Source of the DNA: Promethearchaeota archaeon
GTDB lineage: Archaea > Asgardarchaeota > Lokiarchaeia > Sigyniarchaeales > SOKP01
DNA length: 64,000 bases
Direction of reading: 5' to 3'
NCBI GenBank assembly: GCA_029838195.1
Contig: JALGVJ010000007.1
Coordinates: 64,001-128,000 of the forward strand
The notes below the pieces were generated by a model. The model was not told the DNA's origin, did not search any database, and was given only the letters and a program-made list of their open reading frames with translations. How positions within the stretch are numbered: the first letter of the stretch is position 1; each line of letters starts with the position of its first letter. The position numbers and the translations under genes were made by a program. This document shows, piece by piece, positions 43,490 through 52,612 of the stretch.

Positions 43490-44914
43490 ATGAGTAATGA
43501 ATATGAATTAAACAGGCACTCAAAAAAAACCTATCTCTCATTCGGGATGACCCGCTTTACTATGACTTTTGTATTTGCACCTATTGATCTCTTTTTACTA
43601 TTTTATTACGTTCAAGTGATCGGATTAAATGTAGGCTTTTATGCAATTGCCCTATTAATTTTTTCCGTATGGGATGCTGTTGATGATCCAATTATCGCTT
43701 GGTTAATTGATAGAAATTTCAAATGGACCGCAAAATGGGGTAGAAGATTCCCATGGATTGTGATTGGTTCCCTTCCGTGGGCTATTGGACTCTTTCTATT
43801 ATTTTCAGTACCCCCCTTGCCCCCCGCTTCTGTGGATCCCTTTCCAACTTTTCTATGGTTAATAGTTGCATTATTTATTTTCGATTTATTTGGTGCTATT
43901 GCAATGATTAACATTCAATTACTCTTCCCTGATAAATTCAGAACAGAAGAGGAGCGAAGACTTTTGATGGGCTACAACACGCCCATTTCCATGATAGCTA
44001 TTGCAATTGGAATGTTAATACCGCCCTTACTTTTAAGGGGTCAAGATGTTGCCAATTATAGAACCATGGGATTGATAGTGACTCTTATCACGCTAATCTC
44101 AGTTGTATTATATCTCCCCGGCTGTCGTGAAGATCAACAAGTTAAAGAACTCTATCTGGCAGATAATTCACCTCGCATAAGTTTACTCAAGGGATATTGG
44201 TCGGTCATTAAAATGAAAAGTTTTTGGATGCAATTCTTAGCAACAGTCATGTACATGACGGTAAATGGTATTTTAATGGGATTACTGGTATATATTTTTA
44301 CTTTTGAATTTAATAATCCTGGACTCATGATAATGGCGTTAGCCGTGTGGCTTTTGGCGGCCATTTGTTCTGTTCCCGTATGGATTAAATTAGCGAAAAA
44401 ATACCAAAATACGAAAAAAATATATACTTTAGGAATGGTGATTTATGGAGTAGCTTTTGGAATATTTTTCTTCTATTTTGATCTTATTTCCTTATTGATA
44501 TTTGCAGCCATTTTAGGATTTACAGTTGGAAACATGTGGACATTCAATAATCTAATTTATGCTCATGTTCTGGATGAACACATGGTAAGAACGGGTAAGA
44601 ATCAAAAAGGCATGGTCCAAGGAGTTAACGCAATATTTAATCGTCTCGCAGCTACCATTGATACATATCTTATTGCTTTTGTATTTGGAATCACGGGATT
44701 CGCTGCTTACGCTGGAGTTACAACCTTGGAAGAGCTTCAAGCAGTAGCCACAACTGAACAAATACAAAGATTTATATTTGGATTTCATGTCTTAATAGGC
44801 ATCATTCCCATGATCTTGCTCCTCGTGGGTGCTTTAATTTTTTGGTTCATATATCCTTTGGATAAAGAGACGGTTTTTAAACTAAAAGAAAAGATTAAAG
44901 AATTGAAGCTTTAA
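43490..44914 (+). CDS. MFS transporter, GPH family (paralogue of 6001..7431)
   Basis: WDAVDDPIIAWLIDR...WGRRFPW, PDKFRTEEERR; about 12 TM segments. Confidence 0.88.
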   Translation: MSNEYELNRHSKKTYLSFGMTRFTMTFVFAPIDLFLLFYYVQVIGLNVGFYAIALLIFSVWDAVDDPIIAWLIDRNFKWTAKWGRRFPWIVIGSLPWAIGLFLLFSVPPLPPASVDPFPTFLWLIVALFIFDLFGAIAMINIQLLFPDKFRTEEERRLLMGYNTPISMIAIAIGMLIPPLLLRGQDVANYRTMGLIVTLITLISVVLYLPGCREDQQVKELYLADNSPRISLLKGYWSVIKMKSFWMQFLATVMYMTVNGILMGLLVYIFTFEFNNPGLMIMALAVWLLAAICSVPVWIKLAKKYQNTKKIYTLGMVIYGVAFGIFFFYFDLISLLIFAAILGFTVGNMWTFNNLIYAHVLDEHMVRTGKNQKGMVQGVNAIFNRLAATIDTYLIAFVFGITGFAAYAGVTTLEELQAVATTEQIQRFIFGFHVLIGIIPMILLLVGALIFWFIYPLDKETVFKLKEKIKELKL

Positions 44915-44928
44915 TTTTTTAAAATAAC

Positions 44929-46050
44929 TTATTTTTTTTCTAATAATTCTTGTAATAACTCATCTATTAAGTTGAGCCCTTCCAAGAGCTCTTCTTTTTT
45001 AGTCCCAATTCCAATTCTTAAATAATTATCCATTCCAAAGCAATCTCCAGGAACAACGAATACATCTTTTTTCTCACGCAATTTAATCGATAATTCCGAA
45101 GAATTCATGGGAAAGTTATATCTGAGAAAAGCGATTCCTCCTGCTTGAGGAGAAATGAAATGAAAGAGATTTTCATGTTTCTTGACCCATTTTTTCATGA
45201 TTTTTAGATTTTCTTTCAACATTTCACGATTTCGCGATAAGATCTTTTCTCTTAAAGGAGATTGTAAAACGCGGCTGGCTACGAATTGGCTAATCAATCC
45301 CGTTGTAATGGTAGTATAATCACTATAACTCCATAATTTTTCAATTTCGTTTTTTGGGCCAACCAGCCAACCTAATCTCAACCCTTGAAGAGAATAAGCT
45401 TTCGAGAGTCCTCCATTAACGATCACTTTATCATAAAGCCCCCAAAAGGAAGGAGTTTCTTTCTCGATTAATTCAGCCCCTCGATAAATTTCATCCACAT
45501 ACAACCAAATATCAGCTTTTTTAGCAATATCTACAATGAATTCCATGGATTTTTCATTAAGAACCGCCCCGGTAGGATTATTAGGATTACAAAGCGAAAT
45601 CAATTTTGTCCGAGGTGAGAGCAATGGTTCAATCTCTTTAAATTCTGGTTGCCAATCCAATTCTTCTTTTAAATGAAAAGGTTTGACTGTTATTCCGAAG
45701 GAACGGGCAAGTCCATGAAGTTGCATGTAATTTGGCAACATAAAAATCATCTCATCACCCGGCTCTAACAAACACCACGCTACTAAAAAGTTAGCTTCTG
45801 CTGAACCATTAGTAATTAAAATATTATCTAAATTAGCTCCAGGATAAAGGCTGCTTATGATTTCTCTTAGCTCAATTGAACCATTAGTCTGACCATAACC
45901 TAATGGTAAATTAAGAAGTTCTTCAATTTCATCATCATTTAATATTTCACGAAGAGAACATGGATGTATTCCACTTTCAGTCAAATTATATTTCACTAAA
46001 TTTTCCCATAGCGATTGTGTCCGTTCTAATTTAAATTCTTCAATTTTCAT
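44929..46050 (-). CDS. PLP-dependent aminotransferase class I/II
   Basis: CNPNNPTG, VDEIY, GLSKAYSLQGLRLGW, LRIG. Confidence 0.93.
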   Translation of the reverse strand: MKIEEFKLERTQSLWENLVKYNLTESGIHPCSLREILNDDEIEELLNLPLGYGQTNGSIELREIISSLYPGANLDNILITNGSAEANFLVAWCLLEPGDEMIFMLPNYMQLHGLARSFGITVKPFHLKEELDWQPEFKEIEPLLSPRTKLISLCNPNNPTGAVLNEKSMEFIVDIAKKADIWLYVDEIYRGAELIEKETPSFWGLYDKVIVNGGLSKAYSLQGLRLGWLVGPKNEIEKLWSYSDYTTITTGLISQFVASRVLQSPLREKILSRNREMLKENLKIMKKWVKKHENLFHFISPQAGGIAFLRYNFPMNSSELSIKLREKKDVFVVPGDCFGMDNYLRIGIGTKKEELLEGLNLIDELLQELLEKK

Positions 46051-46212
46051 GTGTTTGCACCACGTTTACTAAAGAAGGGTTTGCTCCTTAATAATATTTA
46101 TGAAAAAAATTTCATAAAAACCTATTATCGGTTAAATTAAACGACTCTTTTCCATCCTCCAAGTAAGACCATAACAAGAGAAATGAAAATAAAAAAAATA
46201 TTGGAAATTGAA

Positions 46213-46518
46213 TTATTTAACTTTATTTAGAGCTTCCTTCAAAATTATTTCAAATTTCTCCAGAATAAAATCACAGTTTTCATCCGTAATGATGAGTAGA
46301 GGCTTAATTTTAACTACATTGTGGCATAAAACCTCTCCTTTCGCATTCAAGTACGGCATACTCTCCCCAAGATAGAGTCCATGTTCCGGCGCTATAAGAA
46401 TCATTTGTTCACACAAATCATTAAAAGGTTCTCGAGGGTCTCTATTCTTTACTAATTCCACTCCGATAAAAAGCCCTGCTCCTCGAACATCTCCAATGAC
46501 TTTAAATCCCTCTTGCAT
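46213..46518 (-). pseudogene. C-terminal remnant of a class III PLP aminotransferase
   Basis: IGDVRGAGLFIGVELV and VVKIKPLLII are class III C-terminal motifs. Only 101 aa; an in-frame TAG lies immediately upstream of the ATG; the PLP-Lys region is absent. Confidence 0.82.
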
Positions 46519-46520
46519 CT

Positions 46521-46546
46521 AATGCCGTTAAAATGCCGTTAAAATG
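46521..46546. repeat. 11-bp tandem duplication AATGCCGTTAA x2 (+AATG)
   Basis: Directly visible, at the truncation point of the aminotransferase remnant. Confidence 0.85.
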
Positions 46547-46614
46547 ATATAATTTAATTGCTAAGAATTTAAGATCTTAAAAGATCAATGCGTGGAACAC
46601 GAGAGATAAGACGT

Positions 46615-46968
46615 TTATTTTAATCGAAAACGATATTTATTATTGGCTGCTCTCGATAATCCAATATAATTGTCCGATATCTTATAATGCATTTCGCCTC
46701 CAATTATTTTTTTTTCCACGTAAGCATTAGTTATATCATGATTTAACGAGTGAAACATGGTTCCCAATGTTACCGGCCCTAAATAATTCCTCTCTCCCTT
46801 TTTCTTGGCAATTCTTACTAATTCTGTTTCAGAATGCCACGCACCATCTAATAATGCGAAAATTAAATCATTTTTTATATTGCTTTTTATATTTTTAAGT
46901 TTTTGAAATAAATTCGAATAATTTCCATCAATATTAGCATTTTCCTCTAAATTTTTAATATTTTCCAT
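46615..46968 (-). CDS. Small hypothetical protein, probable winged helix
   Basis: Helix - LDGAWHSETELVRIA - helix - YVEKKIIGGEMHYKIS beta-hairpin wing pattern; 117 aa. Confidence 0.7.
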   Translation of the reverse strand: MENIKNLEENANIDGNYSNLFQKLKNIKSNIKNDLIFALLDGAWHSETELVRIAKKKGERNYLGPVTLGTMFHSLNHDITNAYVEKKIIGGEMHYKISDNYIGLSRAANNKYRFRLK

Positions 46969-47111
46969 GATTTACCTCGCCTCTTTACACTCATAGTGAT
47001 CCTTATGAAAATAATTTACATCATTCTTTTAATTTAAGAATATCATCCATGTATTATCGTCAAGAAAAAGTATAGAACAAGGATTAATTTTTAATCGTTC
47101 TGATCATGTGA

Positions 47112-48260
47112 TTACTCTTTTACTAAATCTTCAGGTATTCCTTCATTATAATATTTAGATCTCGTAATCCACTTTTGCGCAAATTCCGGAAGGATGCTCA
47201 GAATGGAGCCGCCAATCCACACGGAAAAGGTACGCTCTCTAGGAGCAATGATTTTTAGATTTTGACTTAATTTTTTATCCCGCATCATTTTTAACTCTAA
47301 CTCTTGATAGAGCCGTGCTTTTAAATTCTGAAATAAAGAACCGCCCCCAGAAAGAAATATATTATTTAAAAGTTCCGGACGTAAATCTACATCGCATGAA
47401 TTAATAGCATCCATGATTGCAACATGAAGAGGAGGATCTTCCATTTGCATTAAAGAAGGATCAAATAATAATTCAGGAATCATGAATCGCTCTTTAGAGA
47501 GAGTAAAAATCGAACCATCGGGTAAAGAAAATTTCTTTTTGTATTGTTCACTACGTTTTAAATCTTGTTTAAAATCTAAAGAAACAAAACTTGCTTTTTC
47601 CTTGAGCACGCGCACCAGATCCCGTTGGATGGAAGAATCTACAGAAAGTCCAATCGTTTTTGAAAGAATATTTTCAGCATGGCGAGTAATGGCACGCCCT
47701 CCAACTTTTGAAATGCGAATCGAATGGGTGATTTTATAACTCTTGTAAATCGGAACGATTCGAGTACTGCTATCCCCAATTTCAACAACTAATCCCGTCT
47801 GAAAGCCACCAGAATATAACGTGAGTAAGGAATCTAACACCGGATAAAATGCCATGCACTGATATTTTTCCAAGAAAATTTCAAATAGTCTTTGGAGGTC
47901 ATTCTTGGGAAATAAAGGGTGAATCGCAAACAATATGTTAAACATCGTAGGATCGATTTTCAGGTTAAAAAAGATATAATCTAATAATAATTGGAAATGA
48001 TCCCAATTTGTAATTTTCCCATTATTAATGGGATAAGTGATTTTAAATAACCCTAAGGATTGAATTTCATCTCCTACATAATATTGTTGATTTTTGGAGC
48101 CATACTCTGCTTGAATATCATGATATTTTGGATGGCCAACAATAGAAGGAAACACTAATGAGGGAAAATCCTCAGCAGCAAAACCTGCCTTAGTAGAAAA
48201 TTGACCAATGTCCAATACGATAGTTAGGGTCGTCATGGTTTCATCACGATTTTCAATCAT
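47112..48260 (-). CDS. Eukaryote-type actin family protein (divergent Asgard actin-related protein)
   Basis: KAGFA.ED.P..VFPSIVG.P, YVGDE, YPI..G.ITNWD, LPDG, ERF..PELLF.P, CDVDLR, LSGG, IIAP.ER.FSVWIGGSIL are collinear with actin. Confidence 0.96.
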   Translation of the reverse strand: MIENRDETMTTLTIVLDIGQFSTKAGFAAEDFPSLVFPSIVGHPKYHDIQAEYGSKNQQYYVGDEIQSLGLFKITYPINNGKITNWDHFQLLLDYIFFNLKIDPTMFNILFAIHPLFPKNDLQRLFEIFLEKYQCMAFYPVLDSLLTLYSGGFQTGLVVEIGDSSTRIVPIYKSYKITHSIRISKVGGRAITRHAENILSKTIGLSVDSSIQRDLVRVLKEKASFVSLDFKQDLKRSEQYKKKFSLPDGSIFTLSKERFMIPELLFDPSLMQMEDPPLHVAIMDAINSCDVDLRPELLNNIFLSGGGSLFQNLKARLYQELELKMMRDKKLSQNLKIIAPRERTFSVWIGGSILSILPEFAQKWITRSKYYNEGIPEDLVKE

Positions 48261-48359
48261 ACATTTAAAATCGCCATTAGAATACTATAATACATTTAAC
48301 ATGGTGCATGAATAAATATATCTTTGTAAGGAGTGCTTTAATGAGATCGTTTCTATAAA

Positions 48360-49097
48360 CTAGATCAATAAAATTTTCAATGGAGTATATGTCGTTTCGG
48401 GAATATAAGCTTCGCCATATGCTTTGCCAATTTCATTCCCCCGCAAAATTGCTGTATCTTCTGCCCAATCTAAGACTCTTTCTAATACCTCCTTTTGAGA
48501 GACATAAACTTGATTAAAGATTTCCTTTTTTCGTTCCCAATATTGTTCGATATCCACGATTATAAAAACAGAGCTTTCTATATATTGGAATTTACAAGAG
48601 GGTGATTCATAATAATATACTCCAAACGGTTTCCAAGATCTTCCATGTCCTCCGTACGCTTTTCCCGTAGAACAATGATAAATGCTTTCTCGCACGATTA
48701 AAGATAAATTTCTATGAACTCTATGAAAATCCGTAAAATGGGGAATTAAAACCACTTGAGGTTTTCTCTCTCTAATTAAATTGGTAATTCTATCTATTTT
48801 ATTTCTATTAATTAACAAATCAGAATAACCTAATTCAACAATTTCAGTATTTAAAATATCAGACACCAATTTTAATTCACTTTCTCTTGTTTCAATGATG
48901 CTCTTTTGTTGATTTGATTTCGCATACCCTCCCAGTCCTGGAGTAGCAATTACAATGATAACTTCCGTACCGAGTGCTTGATATTTTAAAATTGTACCCC
49001 CACAGGAGATCAACTCGTCATCCGGATGTCCGGCAAAGATCATCATTTTTTTTGGGATTACAATGGGAATTTCCTCTTCACACATGATTGTGTTCAT
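48360..49097 (-). CDS. PIG-L/LmbE family N-acetylglucosaminyl deacetylase
   Basis: AGHPDDE..CGGT and DFHRVH metal motifs, SQ motif. Confidence 0.9.
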   Translation of the reverse strand: MNTIMCEEEIPIVIPKKMMIFAGHPDDELISCGGTILKYQALGTEVIIVIATPGLGGYAKSNQQKSIIETRESELKLVSDILNTEIVELGYSDLLINRNKIDRITNLIRERKPQVVLIPHFTDFHRVHRNLSLIVRESIYHCSTGKAYGGHGRSWKPFGVYYYESPSCKFQYIESSVFIIVDIEQYWERKKEIFNQVYVSQKEVLERVLDWAEDTAILRGNEIGKAYGEAYIPETTYTPLKILLI

Positions 49098-49336
49098 CGT
49101 TCCGAACCTCTTAAATGTTCAATCGTTTAATTTACTTCCAGAAAATTTTAGCAATTCAAGATCCAAGAAAGATAAAGTTTTTGAACCTTCTTGCCATGAG
49201 TATTATTAGGTAATCGTGAGGGAAAAAAAATTATAAGATTTAAATTTTTTACTTGGGTTTATCAATAGTTGATCGATACATTTTTAATTCCATTTGGAAT
49301 ATAAAAAAACTTTATCAAAAAAAAGAGGAACTTCTA

Positions 49337-50809
49337 ATGGCATTAATAAAAAATATAGATCAAGAAAAATTACGGGAGAATGCTATAAAGATACCGAAAC
49401 CTAGTGAGTTCAAGGAGCCTGCTAATATCACGGTTGAATTTTTATCCGTGGCCTTCACGCGCTTGATCGCGGCTGCTCTTTTCATCCTTTCTGGAATGAT
49501 TTCCTTATTAGTATTTGGACCAGGTGTGGGCCACCATCAAACGCGATATGGAAATGCGATATTCTTGGGTGGACCATCTTTTTTTTACGTGACAGGCTTG
49601 CCCGTGTTGATGATCGGAATAGGGTTATTGATTTATTTCATTTTTAGCATTTTCAAGGGAACATTCTCCAGCTCTGACCATTTTTTATATTTTCAAGAAA
49701 TACGCCCCCGCTTGCCCCGTTTTACAGAAGTTCCCAAAAATAAAATAGAAGCCTTAAGATTCCAGAATAATCAATTAGGGCCAAAATTAACGTGGATAAT
49801 CATTCTTACTCCCTTTATCGTACTTCAATTACTCACGGGAATACCGTTATTTACAGCAGAAAGAGCCGCACCCGCCCACGTGTTATCTTGGACTTTTCTC
49901 ATCATTTCCATTTTAGAAATCATGGCCGTGTATATTCTCGTCATGCATCCTCAAGCATATTTTGAATTCGCCAGCGATGAAAAATTGCATGAAATGTGGT
50001 TCGCTCCCAGGAAAATGGATGAATTGATGGGAAAATTTCAAGCTTTGTTTAATCTTTCAATACCTTCAAAAGAACAGGAAAACCGTCCGGAATTTGCTCC
50101 AATTAACGATACTCATATCAGCCTCTTCAGAGTCATCTTGGGAATTTTTTTAGTAGCCTCTACTTTAATCATGATGTTAGGAATGGTTCTATTCGGCTCT
50201 CTTTTCTGGTGGCTAGGATTAATCTATGGAGTTATATTACTTGTAAAAGCAAGATTTCACGATTTCAGTGATCCCCATACTGATAAATTTTTCTTCAATG
50301 AGCAAGAACGGATATTCAAGTTCTATAAAAAATTCAAGAATAAATTTCACTACATCCTTGCAACTGATGTTAATTCTGTAAAATTAACACGATGGTTTAG
50401 AAGATTAGATTTTTTTGACGTGGGACTCATTGGTGGAATGCTTGTCTCTCTCATATTCTTACAAGTCGAAGGATGGAAAATTGCAGATTCCACGATCGCC
50501 ATTCGGGATAATGTTATCAGCACTATTTACATGGGTATTTTAATCTTCTTATTATTCGTGTTTCTTTGCGTGCCCATTGATGTCGTCGAATTTAAAACGC
50601 CAACCATTACCTATCGAATAGAAACTACCCTCAAATCCAAGTCTAAAAAACATTTTCACCACTTCCTTGAAGATTTAAAAACGTTACATATCATGCTGAG
50701 AGAGCCTCAATTTAAAAGGACATTCCTTCTTCGAATCACCATCATTGGAATTCTCTTGCTAATAGGACTCAGTTGTAGCTTGATAGAGTTTGATTTTTAT
50801 CTATTTTAA
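49337..50809 (+). CDS. Hypothetical polytopic membrane protein with internally duplicated architecture
   Basis: About 8-9 TM segments alternating with beta-rich loops in two similar halves. ATG 49337 follows a GAGG RBS (the ORF track starts at TTG 49253). Confidence 0.7.
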   Translation: MALIKNIDQEKLRENAIKIPKPSEFKEPANITVEFLSVAFTRLIAAALFILSGMISLLVFGPGVGHHQTRYGNAIFLGGPSFFYVTGLPVLMIGIGLLIYFIFSIFKGTFSSSDHFLYFQEIRPRLPRFTEVPKNKIEALRFQNNQLGPKLTWIIILTPFIVLQLLTGIPLFTAERAAPAHVLSWTFLIISILEIMAVYILVMHPQAYFEFASDEKLHEMWFAPRKMDELMGKFQALFNLSIPSKEQENRPEFAPINDTHISLFRVILGIFLVASTLIMMLGMVLFGSLFWWLGLIYGVILLVKARFHDFSDPHTDKFFFNEQERIFKFYKKFKNKFHYILATDVNSVKLTRWFRRLDFFDVGLIGGMLVSLIFLQVEGWKIADSTIAIRDNVISTIYMGILIFLLFVFLCVPIDVVEFKTPTITYRIETTLKSKSKKHFHHFLEDLKTLHIMLREPQFKRTFLLRITIIGILLLIGLSCSLIEFDFYLF

Positions 50810-50845
50810 TTACAAATATTATAATTTGAAAATTGATACATCTAG

Positions 50846-52465
50846 GTGGAAGAATTGAGAATTAGAAAAAGAAAAACCTTACCAAGACGGAATGCGCTTG
50901 TGGTCGTTCTATTTTTCATCCCCGTTCTCTGCGTTTTATCCTATTTAGGACTGTTCATGTATATTTTATACGATATCTCTTCCTATAACCTCGAAATGCC
51001 CCCTCCTAAAACGGAATATTTCTACGATTTGAATGAAATTAATGAAAATACGCTAGATAAATTAGCCCATACCTATGAATATCAATTAAAATACCATCAT
51101 TCCCCGGCCTACATTCCTGTCGATGTAACCTTTAAGGATTCTACATATACTTCAATTGATTATTGGCACGGAACAGATAATGGGGCTTTACATCTTGGAT
51201 ATGCCCTCGCAGCCGAGTGCCACAGATATAAAGCCGCTTTAAGAGAAGGCGATATAGCTGAAGCTAATAGAGCCCTCATCATGGTAGAGCGATTTGTAAC
51301 CGGTTTTAGCTACATGCTAGCAGCGCCAAACGGAGGCATCGGTCCTGATTATCCAGGAACACCTGCCCGATTTGTTTGTTCTCCCGAAAACCGAAAGTAT
51401 CATCCATTCATTTTTGAAGAGCATCCTCGTCATTTCAATGGCACGGGAGAATATAAAGATTGGCGAGTGCGATTATATACGTCCCGGGATGAAATTGCCG
51501 GTTATTACTTGGGATTTGCTTCCGTATTGAGTTGCATTGATCCTGAACTAAACGAAGATAGTAAATGGTGCGTCGATAGGATAAAATTGTTGACAGCTCA
51601 ACTAATCGAAGGTTTCAAGAATACAAATTGGTTGGTCTTGGGAGGAGAAGGCGAGCCAGTGGGTTCTGATTTAAATACTTATCTCACGGGAAGCACGTGG
51701 CAATTGGCTCTCTTGAGAATCGGTGCCACTGCATATCCAGAAAAATATGAATCCTTATATCAATATTGTGCCGCAAAGACGTTATCAGCCAAAAACGCAA
51801 ATATGGGAAGTCTCAGTAACACCTTATACGATACATATGCTCTTGCCTTTAGCATGGACGTAATGTACTCATTAATAATTTTAGAAGATGATCCGGGTTT
51901 GCGATATTATTACATTAAGAGTTTTGAAAATGGTTTTTATAATTTCGTGCGATATCATCGAAATGCATATTTTAATATCATTCATCTCATTTTCATGGAA
52001 TTATTAAGTGAGTCCGAGCGAGTTGAATTTAATCACGAGGAATACAATGATGATATGGTAAGATGGGATGTTTTAGATCAATTGTGGCGATTTCAAGCCT
52101 CTGGATGGGATGATGGCGTGCGAAATTTAAATTTAAGGCGACGTCCTCATTCGACTCGTTGGAGCAGCGAGAATCCTGATATTCGGCGGATGGAGAAATT
52201 TCCAAGGAGAGATTATTGGGCGAATTTTTTCGAAAATAATAGCATCGGAAACATGTATTTGGGGATAAAAGACGAATTTGGGTTCGATAAAGAAATGTAT
52301 AAATATCCGCTAACCATATCGGAATGTGCTCCTCATTATTTTTTATGGGAGCATTCGAAATTTTTTGGAATGGGGGCAGATATTCATGGAAATGGTTTGA
52401 CGCAAGCAGTACCTACGTCGTTTTTAACGGTCTATTGGATGGCGCGAGCGTTTGATATCATTTAA
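50846..52465 (+). CDS. Membrane-anchored hypothetical protein, probable alpha-helical barrel enzyme
   Basis: Basic N-terminus plus a single TM, then an aromatic-rich soluble domain with DNGALHLG..LAA...RY and TSRDE..G motifs. Confidence 0.65.
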   Translation: MEELRIRKRKTLPRRNALVVVLFFIPVLCVLSYLGLFMYILYDISSYNLEMPPPKTEYFYDLNEINENTLDKLAHTYEYQLKYHHSPAYIPVDVTFKDSTYTSIDYWHGTDNGALHLGYALAAECHRYKAALREGDIAEANRALIMVERFVTGFSYMLAAPNGGIGPDYPGTPARFVCSPENRKYHPFIFEEHPRHFNGTGEYKDWRVRLYTSRDEIAGYYLGFASVLSCIDPELNEDSKWCVDRIKLLTAQLIEGFKNTNWLVLGGEGEPVGSDLNTYLTGSTWQLALLRIGATAYPEKYESLYQYCAAKTLSAKNANMGSLSNTLYDTYALAFSMDVMYSLIILEDDPGLRYYYIKSFENGFYNFVRYHRNAYFNIIHLIFMELLSESERVEFNHEEYNDDMVRWDVLDQLWRFQASGWDDGVRNLNLRRRPHSTRWSSENPDIRRMEKFPRRDYWANFFENNSIGNMYLGIKDEFGFDKEMYKYPLTISECAPHYFLWEHSKFFGMGADIHGNGLTQAVPTSFLTVYWMARAFDII

Positions 52466-52612
52466 AAAAAGAATTTAAAAAAACCTTAAATAACTTCCTT
52501 TTTTTTTCATTTTCATTTTCATTTTTTATAAATTTATAAGATTTTTGTAATAAAATTTTTAATTTTTCAAAAGTTTCCTTATTTAAATGAATAAATTTTA
52601 ATAGAAATTAAA

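Larger units (their letters stand above)
35160..46868. mobile_element. Putative integrated island (~11.2 kb cargo) bounded by ~255 bp direct repeats
   Basis: Direct repeats at 35160-35415 and 46615-46868 enclose catabolic genes, with a truncated gene at one edge. No integrase seen. Confidence 0.6.

Noticed and set aside
35416-46614. Integrase, transposase or provirus within the island; the 8-bp inverted repeat CAGATTTT-t-AAAATCTG at 35473-35489 as a recombination site
   Set aside because: No recombinase or viral motifs in any ORF; the inverted repeat is A/T-rich and has no partner at the other end.
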